From Eledone cirrhosa (lineage: Eukaryota), in NCBI GenBank assembly GCA_964016885.1, contig OZ024747.1, positions 54,560,001 to 54,624,000 of the forward strand: 64,000 nucleotides of DNA, given 5' to 3'. This document shows, piece by piece, positions 1-13,877 of the stretch (position 1 is its first letter; each line of letters begins with the position of its first letter). The notes beneath the pieces were generated by a model that saw only the letters and a list, made by a program, of their open reading frames with translations, searched no databases and was not told where the DNA came from. Made by a program: the position numbers and the translations under genes.

Positions 1-414
1 ATTCGGGAATACAAAGTCATTTAATTAAGCTCCACTATTGACTGAACATGGACAGGGTGCCGTATGGCAGCCTAGTTGTTCACCAAGCAAGCCAGTCATG
101 TCTCCAGTATAGTATACCCTGGATTGTGTATATCGGGATATATATAGTGTATACACGTGGACATAGAATGTGTTCAGAGTATACAAAATATATGCCTTAC
201 AAAAATAACAATCGCACACCGTGACATAAATATTTGTTAGTGTGAATTCAAATATTGGCTGATATATACACTCAGAAGACAGCACATTAAGGCACACACA
301 GGTCTTTATATTGGTATATATACATAAGTTCAATGTGTATATATATATATGTGTGTGTAATTGTGTGTATGAATGTGTTGATAAGCATTATGGACGTATA
401 TATATATATTTATA

Positions 415-550
<136 letters not shown>

Positions 551-1321
551 CGTCATACCATGTGTAAAATAATTCATATATACGTCAGTATGAAATGCAT
601 AATAAAATATTTTAACTACATTTATCATACACACTAATACGATTATATGAATAAATTTATTAAACACACAGTGGGGTGTATACATATCTACACTCATTGT
701 GCATACATGCTGTCACAAACACGAAAATACATACATATGTTGTTCATAAACACATTAACGTACGCATACATATATACATTGGTTATTCATATACGCTGAC
801 ACATTAAGTTGCATATGTACTCATACATACACACCGATATACATACACTCATTTAGACAGAATCATTTACATATACATACGCACACATAGACATACATAG
901 AAAATAGATACATACATATATACATACATACATATATACTTACATATATAATACATGCATACATACATACATACATACATACATACATACATACATACAT
1001 ACATACATACATACATACATACATACATACGTAGATTCAGTGAATGACGCGTATATACACATACATGTTGGTCACGGAAATTTGTTATTTAAAACAGGCC
1101 CAAAATAATAACACATTAAAGTTGAAAGAATATGGATGTGGATATTAACGCATCCACCCACACACATGTGTATATATACCTAAATATGCCCATATATGTA
1201 TCTACATAGAACAACGCACAAATACATATAGATATATAGATATACACATACCAAGCGTGTACACATAGACATCATACACTTACATATATATACTTATATA
1301 TATATATATATATATATATGT

Positions 1322-1411
<90 letters not shown>

Positions 1412-2666
1412 AGATGCATGTGTACATACACACATACGCATATATAAATATATATATGTATATAGATGCACACATCCATACCGCTGTAGTATTCTTTTCA
1501 CATGCATGGAATACATTAAAAAAATAAGTGGGTGAAAAACCCAAACTAAACGAGAAAAAGTAACATAAAAACATTTACGTATGTAGAGTTGTGCAATCTA
1601 CGAGAATGCCAAAAGGCGGCCATATTTGTATGCGCATACAACACCCGTTCACACACACACATACAATCACATACAATCACATACAATCACAATCACATAC
1701 ACAGTCACACTCTCACACATATATGCCCAAACATACACTCATATATGCCCAAACACGACAAAAAATTGAAAGAAATATGCATCCCTCTCCCCCTAAAATA
1801 TTATTCCAACCTAAATAAAATAAATATAATATAAAAAAAAAAAACAATCAGTCTCTAGGAAGCTTTTATTTAGTCATAAAGCCAGAAGATATGATGATAG
1901 TTTATAGTATAGCCACCAAAATACGCCACGCTTCGAAGATTGCAAGCATTAAAGTTTCATGTTATATATGTGCCATTTTGGATCTCGGGTTTTCTGAATA
2001 TTTTCAGCAATTTTTAGTTTTAGTTTTATATATTTTCGCATATTTATATATATATTTTAAAAAATATATATTTTCCCTTCTTTACTGGCGATATTTATCA
2101 TATGGAAACGAAACCAAAAGTAAATAATAACTAATAACATAAACAAATAAACTTTAAATCAAATTAAATATAGAGCAAAAGTAAAAAAATGGATGGAATA
2201 TAAAATTGATAGGTTTATTTTGATTTCTTATTTTTTTTCATTTCGTTGAGGGTAGCGGATTTCCATTTTATATAAATACTCTATCGTTTCTCGTTCTAAC
2301 ACAACACAACGATATATGCTACTCTGGTGTTGTTGTTATTACTTTTTAGTTGTTTATTTTTTTGCGTATTTAGTGTTGGTTGTTTTTATTTTTGTTGCTG
2401 TGGTTGTTGCGATAATTTTTAATTTTGTTTGCTTCTTATTATTAATATTATTGATGTTAAAGTTGTTTGCGTTTATTATTAATATTATTGATGTTAATAT
2501 TATCAATATTATTAGTCGGAATATTATTATTATCATTATTGTTATTATTTTTATTATTTTTGTTGTTGTTATTATTATTATTATTTCTTTCAATGTTTTT
2601 CTTTCCGATTATGTTTGTTTTTGAAAATTTCGTTGGGAATTGTATCATAGTGCATATGCGTGTTTC

Positions 2667-2718
<52 letters not shown>

Positions 2719-2840
2719 ATGGGCGCGTGTTATAGTGTGTTTATATTGGAATCCTTGTGTATGTTACGTGAACGAGTTTTACATTAGTTTGATTTCCATA
2801 TTTATTTAGATATTTTATACATATATATATATATGTATAC

Positions 2841-2918
<78 letters not shown>

Positions 2919-3087
2919 GTGTGTGTGCGTGTGTGTAGGAAGATAATATTTACATACATATACACACGCATGAAAATATGTACATATATAAACATATAGA
3001 CACATGTATACACAGTTACACTCATATCCACACACAGACGAACATAAACATACATGCACTTATATATATATATATATATATACATAT

Positions 3088-3156
<69 letters not shown>

Positions 3157-3322
3157 TATGCTTGTATATATGTCTATGCTTGTTTACTTTCAGAGAAGAT
3201 GTTGAAACCATGGGTAATTTCTAGGATCACTAGAATTGTCGAATTCAGAAAAGAATATTTTAAAAAGTTTAATATACTGGTTAAATAAAAGAAATTATTA
3301 CCTTGATAATTATTGGAAGATT

Positions 3323-3505
3323 GGTAGTATCGGTGATAGAGTTAAGGCCCTTTATGTTCAAATCCTGCCCAGGTTAGCCTTTGCCTTTCGTTCACACGTC
3401 GTCGATAAGATAACGTACCAGTAATGCACTGGTGTTGATTTAACCGACAATCCTATACCCTTCAAATTGCTTGGCTCGTGTCAAACGTAGAAACCATTAT
3501 TATTT
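3323..3505 (+). mobile_element. tRNA-derived SINE family S1, degenerate copy
   Basis: TTGGTAGTATCGGT A-box-like head, GTTCAAATCC B box, GCCTTTGCCTTTC...GTCGATAAGATAACGTACCAGTAATGCACTGG body, AGAAACCATTATTATT tail. Confidence 0.8.
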
Positions 3506-3797
3506 GTGATTTTCGTATTTCTTCACATTTGTCTCGGCACCTAAGGTAAAGAAATTCAATTCATGTAATGATAAGCCACAGATATAAACACAACAGACTG
3601 TTCAATGTACCCTTTAGGTAATTACAGGTATATCATTTGTTTTGTACCGATTCACATTATCTGGTATAAATCATATATAACAAAAAAACTGATAATCCAT
3701 AAGAGTACGCGATATTTTGCAACTTACCTGATTATGGAATATAAAAGTATAAATTTATGTAAAAAGGAATATAGAGTGGTTTCTCATTATCTTAACG

Positions 3798-3930
3798 ATT
3801 CTTCTTCTTCTTCTTCTTCTTCTTCTTCTTCTTCTTCTTCTTCTTCTTCTTCTTCTTCTTCTTCTTCTTCTTCTTCTTCTTCTTCTTCTTCTTCTTCTTC
3901 TTCTTCTTCTTCTTCTTCTTCTTCTTCTTC
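3798..3930. repeat. (TTC)n microsatellite abutting the 5' end of the Tx1 copy
   Basis: Perfect TTC run seen directly. Confidence 0.97.
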
Positions 3931-6900
3931 AAAACACAAAAAGATACACAACAAAAAATTCCTACACCACTAACGGAAACACTTCCCCAATATCATCAGC
4001 ACCAACAGCAACATGGACACCACCCCCACAATCCCCGAAACGCAAACAACCTAAACAAACACAAGTACAAATAAACACACAAATACCTGAAATTGCAGAC
4101 ACCACACCTACAACAAACACAGACATACCCGAAACAACACCAACAAAACCATCACCACCACAGTCACCGAAACGAAAACATAAAACAACACCAACAAAAT
4201 GTTTAAAAACTTCGTGCTTGTCAGAAGGGCCAACGATAAACTGATGGCCCTCTTAGCACGAAGCGAGGACATTCAAACAGAGGGGAGATCTTTGAAATGA
4301 GCACATTCTGCGTGCCAGAAGATTTGCTTCTGGTCCGAATGTCACTCGATTCCATCAAAGAAATTCGGGAGAGCTTTCCGTGGGAACTCCGAATGGGAAA
4401 CCCGCATCTAGACTTTTAAAGGGGTTCCCAAAAGAAACCACACCAACCATGGACGTCGAACCACCCGACCTTCACAAGACCCCGAGAGGTAAGTAAACCT
4501 TCCATCTCTCTTTTAGCTTGCCAACATGGCCATATTAAGAGTAGGAAGTTTAAATGTTCGCGGCATGGGGTCACCTGCTCAACGACCTCAGGTTGCTGGA
4601 AATGGATGTGATTGCCGTCAGCGAGACCAGAATTTCCGACACGCGCGCACTAGCCTTCATTTTCGACGACTATCAGATCTTCGCATCTGTTAGCAGGCCG
4701 GGAATGGGAAGTGGGGTGGCAGTTCTGTTTAGGAAAGGACTGGATCTCGAGGTAAAGTCGATCCTCCGGGACCCGGACGGTAAGTTGGTGGTCTTGGATG
4801 TGAGCAGTAGCGAAGGTGGGGCCTTTAGACCGGACTTCTTTAAGCGCCTGGAGACCTTTCTGGGTACGTCTCGTCCTTTACTGTCATCTTAGACGCACGC
4901 TGGGATTGTGTGGGAGTAGTTGATAGAAGCGGAGGGTGCAAAAGACTGAAGCACCTAATCAGCCATTTCCAACTGGCTGACAGGTATCAACTAGATTTCC
5001 CCAATGCGCCAGTATGGACATGGACCAACCGCATGGGATCATCTAGATCGTATATAGACAGCATCTTCATTAGGAAAATAGATAGAAATAGTGTAAGCTG
5101 CCCACTTTTTAAAACGATCTCTATTCAGATCACAAATTTGTGATGTGTATGGTCGACCTAGATAAAACGCGTAGGTTGGGACCGGGTTACTGGAAGCTGA
5201 ACATGTCATTTCCTGCACGTAAGGCTTACAGGGACCGAGTCAAACATTTAGTTAAGCAAACATTGACAGGGGGGATCATCCATAACAGATGGTGGGAGGC
5301 TCTCAAAAGAGAGATTAGAGTAACTTCGATAGAGTTCAGCAAGGAACTAGCGTTAGAGAAAAATAGAAAGGAAGGGGTGCTGGTAGATAAGTTAGACGAG
5401 GCTATTTATAGTGGCATTGCAACTGACGTGCTAGCGGCGAGAATGGCATTAGACCATTTCTGCAATGCGAAACATGACGGTTGCATTGTCAGAGCTAAGG
5501 CGCGTGCGCTGAGAAACGAGGGAAACAAAGCTGTTTGATGGGCCTGCGTAGCGGAGGCCCACAATTCGGTCTTTGGCGGACCGAGACGGACACGAGATAA
5601 GCGATTCCAAGCGGATGTGTGAGGCCTTTCGCCAGCATTTTACTCGGTTGTTCGGGGAGAGTGGCGAGTCAGAGAGTGTAGCGGATTTCAGTCCCTATCT
5701 TGACGGCTTGCCGCGCATCTCGACGGTCAACGCTGAGCGCTGCGAAAGGCCGATTACTTCAGCCGAAATTTAGGACGTCCTTGTCGGCTGCGTGAAGCGC
5801 AAGTCACCCGGTTTGGATGGCCTGCCCTACGAGCTTTACCTAAATATTCCACACTTGTTCTCCGATCTCCGTGAAGCACTCTACTGCAACTGGCAGCAGA
5901 ATGGGAGTATTCCCAGTTCTGTGAGAAGGGCAGTGGTGACGCTTATAAGGAAAGACGAGAACGAGACGGATGCATTAGACAATTTCAGGCCCATAACCCT
6001 GCTCAACACTGAGTTTCCGATTTTGGCCAAGGTGTTAGCAAAGAGATTGGCGCTTGTCGTCGAGGATTTGGTTGGGGAGGCGCAACATTGCGCAATCCCA
6101 GCCAGGTCCATACACTACAATCTCCAACTCATGCGATACGTCATAGAGAGGGTAGGGTGTAAACTTGGCTTTGGTGGGGCAGTGATCAATTTAGATCAAT
6201 GGAAACCATTCGATAGGGTCGACCATCGGTATCTGGAAGCTGTCCTCAAAGCAGCTGGCTTCGGCCCTGTCTTCAGAACTGGATCGCTGCAATGCACAGC
6301 GGCACATGCTCGGTGGTCAAGGTTAAGGCGACATCTTGGAACCATTTCGGCTCTCCCGATCGGTCCGTGAAGGGGGCCTTCTCTCTTCACTTCTGTACGT
6401 ATTGACTTTCGAGCCTTTACTGCGGAAGCTGGAGCTGTTGCAGGGCATCCCGCTCGAACCGGGACGTGGAAGGGCTGTGTCGGCTTATGCGGACGACATC
6501 ACCGTGATGGTGTCGGACACCTCAGAAATCGAGGTGGTCGGCAACTTATTGGAGGAATATGAAAGTTTGACTGGAGCAAAACTTAACCCGGAAAAGTCGG
6601 TGGGCTTGCAACTCGCAACCTAAAGATGCAAGTATATGCCGTCCAACAGCCTCGTTGGGCGCTGGACGGACGGACCGGTAAATTTGCTCGGCGTTTGGTT
6701 CGGGCCAGACGTCCAGGTGGATAAGAATTGGCACGAGGTAACGAGCAGAGTAGCCAGCCTCACCAAAAAATCGGCTGCGAGGAAGCTATCACTGAAAGGT
6801 CGCGCGGAGGTGGGGAATGCGTACATCGTGTCCGTCATCTACTATTGCCTGACCGTCGTGCCTTGTCCCGTCCAGGCCTCGTCTATTTGGAACGGCTCCT

Positions 6901-7985
6901 CTTCAAATTCTTGTGGAGAGGACAAGTTCCGTTGGTGTTGCGGTCCATCTGCTGCCAGCACCCTCTACATGGAGTGCTGGGCATGCCGTGGCTAATGACG
7001 CGCAGGCATGCACTGGGGCTGCGATACCTCCAGATATTCTGCCTAAACGGCGGGCAAGTGCGATGACCCACTCGGAGAGGCTTTGGGCCTTGACAAAGTC
7101 GAACTGACCAGTCTGTAACGGAGAACTTTTGGGCCGAGGACGATGGACAATTTCCAGAAAACCCTCGTTTGGCAGTGCTACCGGGGGGCACTGCCGGTTC
7201 GGGATAAACTCTACAGGTACGGAAGTGCTGTCAGGCGGAGCTGCGCAAGATGCGCACAGAGCGACGAAACCGTTCTGCACGCACTTGTACACAATCCGTG
7301 TATTACTGACTTGTGGAGTTATGTCAAACAGCTACTGTCGCGTGTAGAACGGATCCCGCTATCGGCCGATTCCATAGTGAAGATAGACACACCGCTTTCC
7401 TTTGGCCAGGAAGAGCAGGCAATTTTCCTCTGTCTGATGGCAGTTGTGAAAGAGGTTATATGGTGGACCAGATTGAAAGGACTGAAGACAGACACTTTTC
7501 TCTTTGGCCAATCCCTCATCAAGTTCTTCAAGTTTCACCTCGAAATGAAGGTGAGGGTGGAAAGAGAAGTGCTGGCCTCCAGTACATTTGCTAAAAGGTG
7601 GATGAATGTGGCGAGAATGGCCCGTGTGAATGGGCCTACTCTGACCATGCGCCTATAGGATAGCTAATTGGAGGAGCGGGGTGCTTTCCCTGGGTGCTTT
7701 AGAAGCGCAGGGTGGTTCAGGATTGGCGGGGTATCTGAGTCACCGCTGGGTCGTCCACCCCCTGTAGGGGAGTTTAATTTGTTATATTTATACATAGTTT
7801 ATTTTATATTTGTATATCTTAATTGTTAAATTAGTCTTGCCATTGTGCAATTTTACTCGACCTTATTGTAAACCCCCACTTTCCCTGTCTTTGTATTGTC
7901 CCCTACATGCCGGCCCTTGTGGCCAATAATGGAAATCATTATTATTATTACTATTATTATTATTATTATTATTATTACTATTATT
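3931..7985 (+). mobile_element. Tx1-clade (L1 group) non-LTR retrotransposon, 5'-truncated and decayed
   Basis: ORF1 C-terminal remnant (..IQTEG.. shared with the other Tx1 copy), then ORF2 fragments; 3' UTR ends GGCCCTTGTGGCCAATAATGGAAATC(ATT)n. Confidence 0.9.
4526..7658 (+). pseudogene. Tx1 ORF2 (APE endonuclease + reverse transcriptase + CCHC zinc finger), multiple stops and frameshifts
   Basis: ATG at 4526 (MAILRVGSLNVRG); VIAVSET, GPGYWKLN, KSPGLDGLPYE, NFRPITLLN, FDRVDH, SAYADD, CARC-X8-H-X4 motifs spread over several frames. Confidence 0.92.
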
Positions 7986-7999
7986 CCACATTACCTGAA

Positions 8000-8390
8000 T
8001 CCCACCAGGATTAATCATCTGATTGCGTAATCCTCCTTGACGAGAAAAAGAACCGGACTGAGAACTGATCTGGGGTTCGTTTGGCGATTCAGTTCTAAAT
8101 CAAACCAGAAAACCTAAGGAACATCCCGGAACATAGTTGCTTGTTTGGAGAGTTAGAGATACAAGTCATCACTGAGGGCAGGAGCCCACACCGTTTAGTT
8201 TGTGAGGAAATCACTCGCCTACGTGCATTCTGCTCTCAGCTAAACCTTTTAGGGTGATACAGAGAACAGCTGCAGCCAACACCAGTGCATCAACAACAAC
8301 AATGGCTAACAACATCAACAACTGCAGAACCAAAACCCCAATAGCAACAACAAAACCAACAATACCACAACAAGCAGCAACTGAAGCCAC
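8000..8390 (+). pseudogene. degenerate Tx1 ORF1 fragment (zinc-knuckle region)
   Basis: Translates to KPENLRNIPEH...IQVITEGRSPHRLVCEEITRLRAFC, aligning by eye to RPERIAQIPDR...IDIIVEGRRPACYLCMERGHVKANC in ORF1 of the full-length copy. Confidence 0.65.
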
Positions 8391-9572
8391 GTTACGTCCC
8401 TTTATGATCAGAGTTCAAATCCCGCTGTGGTTAACTTTGCCTTTCATCGTTACGGGGTCGATGAAATAAAGTACCAGTAATGCACTGGGTAATTGCTGGC
8501 CTTGTGCCAAAAAATAGAAACAATTATCATCATTATGTTGGTAGTATCGGTAGAGCGTCAGACACCATGCATCAAAGAAATTTGGCCCTTTATGTTTTCA
8601 GTTTAAATCCCGCTGAGGTTATCTTTGCCTTTCATCCTTACGGGGTCGAAAAATGAAGCACCAGTAATATACTGTGGTCAATTTAATAGACTTTCCCTTC
8701 CCAAAATTATCGGCCTGGTGCCTAAATCCCAAACCATTACATTGGCAGTATCGGTAGAGCGTGAGAGATCATACTTCGCAACATAGAGTTATGGCCAATT
8801 ACGTTCTCATTTCAAATCCCACCGAGGTTAGTTTCTCGTTCTTCCATACGGGGTTGGTAGATGAAGCACAAGAAATGCATTGGTGTCAATTTAATCTACA
8901 TCCCCTTCCCCCAGATTGTTAGCCTTGTACTCAGAGTCCATTATTATTATCGCTTGGCAGTATCGGTAGAGGGTCGGACGCCATGCTTTCCAGCATAGTT
9001 ACGACTCTTTACGATCTGAGTTCAAATCCCGCCGGTGTTGCCTTTGCCTTTCATCCTTACGGGGACGATAAAATAAAGTACCAGTAATGCACTGAGTAAT
9101 TGCTGGCCTTGTGCGTAAAGTAGAAACAATTATTATTATCGCTTGGCAGTATCGGTAGAGGGTCGGACGCCATGCTTTCCAGCATAGTTACGACCCTTTA
9201 CGATCTGAGTTCAAATCCCGCCGGGGTTGACTTTGCCTTTCATCCTTACGTGGTCGATAAAATAAAGTACCAGTAATGCACTGGGTAATTGCTGGCCTAG
9301 TGCCTAAAGTAGAAACAATTATTATTATCATCATTAGGGCGGCGGGTTGGCAGTATCGGTAGAGGGTCGGACGCCATGCTTTGCAGCATAGAGTTACGGC
9401 TCTTTATGGTCTGAGTTCAAATCTCGCCGAGGTTAACTTTGCCTTTCATCCTTACGGGGTGGATAAAATTACGTACCAGTAGCGTACTGGGGTCGATTTA
9501 ATCGACTTTCCCCTCCCCAAAAATTGCTGGCCTTGTGCCTATATAAGAAATCATTATTATTATTATCATTAT
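8385..9572 (+). mobile_element. head-to-tail array of about 6 SINE S1 copies
   Basis: Repeated TTGGCAGTATCGGTAGAG head, GAGTTCAAATCCCGCC B box, TTTGCCTTTCATCCTTACGGGGTCGATAAAATAAAGTACCAG body, GCTGGCCTTGTGCC..AGAAA(C/T)..(ATT)n tail. Confidence 0.92.
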
Positions 9573-9640
9573 AAATATGTTTCTTGTCTGACTTCACCTT
9601 CAAAACGATTCAGTTTAAAGAATTTGCAGTTTTGTCTTAC

Positions 9641-9692
9641 CCGTGTAGCTGACCTTGTTAATATTTGTAGAGGATGGCGCACTACCGTACAC
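9641..9692 (-). CDS. candidate 52-nt internal exon (CTVVRHPLQILTRSATR)
   Basis: TTATTTCAG acceptor and CGG|GTAAGA donor around unique sequence; the peptide loosely resembles the segment after the DRY motif of rhodopsin-family GPCRs (inference only). Confidence 0.3.
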
Positions 9693-10074
9693 CTGAAATA
9701 ACACACACACACACACACACACAAGAATACACACACACACACAAGAATACACACACACGCACACACACGCGCGTACACACACGCACACACACACACACAT
9801 GAACATACACTCTCACATGCTTATGCATATATTCTCATACAGAGATACGCTTCCCGCACATATCCGCACGCACACATACATGTACATATATATACTCCCC
9901 CACATCACATACACACAAAACATTCCATCATGTATATGTCTGTTTTCAATTATATGTATGTATGAATATCTGTATGTATATTTGTATGTATGTATTTATG
10001 TATATATAAATATATATATATATATATATAGGTATATATATATGTGTATGTATTTATGTAAATATATATATATA

Positions 10075-10220
<146 letters not shown>

Positions 10221-10227
10221 TATATAC

Positions 10228-10412
<185 letters not shown>

Positions 10413-10732
10413 TATATTTCTCTGTGTATATATGTATGTATGAATGTATGTATGTATATATGTATGAATGTATTTATGTATATATGAATGCATATGCATT
10501 TATGTATGTATATACATATATGTATGTACGTATGTATATACATATATGTATGTATGTACGTATGTATGAATGCATGTATGCATGTATGTAAGTATGTATG
10601 TATATATGTATACATGTATATATGTGTGTATATATGTATACATGTATATATGTATGTATATATATATGGATGATTGTGTATATGTGTATGTATGTACATA
10701 TGTATGAATGTAGTGCTAGTTTTTTTCTTCAG

Positions 10733-10783
10733 ATGTGTAAAAACGATGAAGATGAGAGAATGTAATGAAATATCAATTTGCCA
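10733..10783 (+). CDS. candidate small exon (CVKTMKMRECNEISIC)
   Basis: TTTTTTCTTCAG acceptor, weak CA|GTAATA donor; phase-compatible with 18079-18149. Confidence 0.2.
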
Positions 10784-11142
10784 GTAATAAGTGGAGAAAT
10801 GATGTGTGTTTGTGTGTGTGGTGTGTGGGTGGGTGTGCTTGTTTTTATGTGTGTGTATAAGTGTGTGAGAGCACGTGTTAATGTGTAATATCTATTTTTG
10901 CGTGGCTGGTGTAATACGTTGTTTGGATATCCAATTGTTTGAATGTCTGAGTGAATTGATTCTATAAATCTATGTAAGGACGTGTACATTTGTGAATGTA
11001 TCGGTATTGGCAGTATGATTATATATATATATATATATATGGGGGCGACCGGCAAAGGTGGAAGATGGTGGATGGCGGTCGTCCTTCAGTCTTTGACTTT
11101 CAGCCCCATGGATTTTATCTATTGCATTCACTTATATTTCGA

Positions 11143-11200
11143 ATAACTGATGATATGACCGGATTCATACGGAACCCGGTCATTGATATAATCATAGTAT
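11143..11200 (+). ncRNA. degenerate type I hammerhead ribozyme
   Basis: CTGATGA, 8-bp stem II ATGACCGG/CCGGTCAT, GATA in place of GAAA; within a TA-flanked cassette (11041-11250). Confidence 0.45.
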
Positions 11201-11246
11201 AATAAACCTTTCAAGGATTTACACAAGTCCAGCCTCCTGTCATTTC

Positions 11247-11287
<41 letters not shown>

Positions 11288-11328
11288 CGAAACATAAGTC
11301 AATTGCATGAACTCATAATCCTTTATTT

Positions 11329-11384
11329 ACTGCTATATATATTTCGATGATAGCCATTGAATGGCTATGAACTCATCAGGCAGT
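11329..11384 (-). ncRNA. type I hammerhead ribozyme (family H1)
   Basis: Minus strand: ACTGC-CTGATGA-gttc ATAGCCA ttcaa TGGCTAT catc-GAAA-TATAT-ATA|GCAGT; perfect stem I, palindromic stem III. Confidence 0.88.
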
Positions 11385-11450
11385 TAGCAGTTAGTCAGTT
11401 CTTAGATATGCCAACTCTGTGTTTATGGTGTTGATGGTAACAGAGCCTTG

Positions 11451-11542
<92 letters not shown>

Positions 11543-11546
<4 letters not shown>

Positions 11547-11705
11547 ACGTGTCCCAACGACTTTTTTTAGCCGTTGCTCGCACCAACTGGAGGTATATGG
11601 TCTTTAAAGCGATGAAATGCCTATGATGGTTGGAAGATCACTGATGAAGGACAAACTTTTTTCATATGTAACCTATTTGCAACTCCGCACCGCCCTTATT
11701 ATCAT
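11543..11705 (+). mobile_element. TA-flanked dispersed repeat family T2 (copies near 31550-31715 and 40291-40800)
   Basis: Shared ATTTACGTGTCCCAACGACTTT..GAGGTATATG..TTTAAAGCGATGAAAT..GATCACTGATGAAGGAC block in three places. Confidence 0.75.
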
Positions 11706-11711
11706 ATATAT

Positions 11712-11760
<49 letters not shown>

Positions 11761-11763
<3 letters not shown>

Positions 11764-12030
11764 TATATGCGATTAGAAATTTTTAGACAACTTAATCAAT
11801 GAAACATTTGTTAATACTGTAAATAGAACCCTTTTTGTACGGTTGACCATGTTATTCTTCACTCTTTCACTATTATTACTCAAAGATTAACCTGCATAGG
11901 AATTCCGGAGAACTCGCAAACTCGCTACCTAAGGAAACCTCTTGTTGAGTCAAACAACGCCGTTCGCTAAAATTATCCACAATACGGAGTATTCACAATC
12001 TCTAACTGGATTACCTGTAACGATAATTAT
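11761..12030 (+). mobile_element. TA-flanked PLE-terminus-like repeat with HHR 3' half
   Basis: GAAACATTTGTT|AATAC; homologous to 54645-54838, where the 5' part is inverted. Confidence 0.6.
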
Positions 12031-12111
12031 ATATATTTATATATATATATATATATATATAAATATGTGTGTGTGTATATATATATACATATATATATAT
12101 AAATATGTGTG

Positions 12112-12163
<52 letters not shown>

Positions 12164-12741
12164 GTGTGTGTGTGTGTGTGTGTGTGAGTGTGTGTGCGTG
12201 GTGTGGCCTGGTGCTGTGACATCATCGATGTTTATATATCATTAATAAATGTTAGCGAGCCAGACGTATGTAAAAGTTGACCTGGGTAAGATGGGAGCCC
12301 GGATGCGAAGAGGCAAAACTAATAACCCAAACTATTTTGATGAGAATAAGCAAAACTTATAACACAAACTATTTTGATGCTCTTAATTGTTGCCATTAAA
12401 ATATTTTCTTAATATTTTGTCTTGCACACCAACGGGATAACGAATGAAACTTTGGTCACACAACGCTATGGAAACAACTTGGATTTTAATAACTTTAAAA
12501 ATAACATACACTGAATTCATGATTTTCTCAACGCTTCCAAAATATGTAATTAATTGTTTACATACACCGACATATAGATATGTCTTGAAAATGACGGAAT
12601 ATTCTTCATCAGCCTCGATTAGTTTATAATGGTAACGCAGCCGGCGTGCATAGGTGTGGGTTGTGTCTCATAGCCGATGCTCTCCACAATATTTCGTCTC
12701 TATGTGCTTATATGAGGAATTTGTTGGATTATTTATCATAG

Positions 12742-13136
12742 GGGGCGGTGGATAGGCAGTAACGGTAGAGGGTCGGACGCCATGCTTTGCAGCAAAGATT
12801 TACGACCCTTTATGGTCTGAGTACAAATCCCACCGAGGTTAAATTTGCCTTTCATCCTTACGGAGTTGATAAAATAAAGTACCAGTAATACACTGGAAAA
12901 ATTACTGGCCTGTGCCAAAAGTAGAAACTATTATTTATCATAGTTAAATAATTGTTTCTACTTTAGGCACAAGGCCAGCAATTATCCAGTGCATTACTGG
13001 TACTTTATTTTATCGACCCCGTAAGGATGAAAGGCAAAGTCAACCTCGGCGGGATTTGAACTCAGATCGTAAAGGGACGTGACTATGCTGGAAAGCATGA
13101 GTCCGACCCTCTACCGATACTGCCAATCCACCGTCC
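12742..13136. mobile_element. tail-to-tail pair of SINE S1 copies (+ then -)
   Basis: Full + copy 12742-12930 and - copy 12953-13136, each with its own target-site duplication. Confidence 0.92.
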
Positions 13137-13380
13137 TTATCATAGTTAAATAATATACGCTGAAACAGTTTACAAACATCTACCAATCATTCAAAACTAA
13201 TGTTTTACACGAAGTAGCGAATTGACAGGATCGTGGGAATGCTTTGTGATATTGGTTCCGTCTCCCTGCTTTCTCTGAGTTCAAATGCCACCGAGATTAA
13301 CTTTACATTCATAGTTTGATGTCAATAAAAAAGCGCCAGGCCAGTACTGTGGTTCATATTTTCACTATATATCTTTGTCA

Positions 13381-13528
<148 letters not shown>

Positions 13529-13877
13529 GTATATATACCTCACCCCGTCTCTCTCTTTGATTCTCCCACTCCTTCCCTGCGATAAATTGAGTATATTTAG
13601 ACCTAGAGAAATGATGGGCTCCGCCAAGTTTATAGTTTCAAGATTCCATCAAGAGATATGGGTGGTTACATACATTCTTTTCGATATAGTAGTTTAACAT
13701 AGAATCCAATTTAAACAGTAGATTTGTATATATGATTTTTTTCTGAACAAAATCACTTTCTTCTCTCTCCTCCCCCTCTCTCCCCCTCTCCCTCTCTCTG
13801 TATATATATATATATAAATTAATAAAAATAATGAAATAAAAACAAAGAACAGGTTCCTTATATTGAAAAAAATCATC

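Noticed and set aside
25-140. Possible terminal exon (RVYYTGDMTGLLGEQLGCHTAPCPCSVNSGA) on the minus strand
   Set aside because: Weak acceptor, no recognisable homology, at the window edge.
3186-3220. CAGAGAAGATGTTGAAACCATGGGTA
   Set aside because: Stem III and GUA are plausible, but the core and stems I and II are unsupported.
8385-9572. CRISPR-like or tRNA gene array
   Set aside because: Units are about 190-bp SINEs with A/B boxes but no cloverleaf and no unique spacers.
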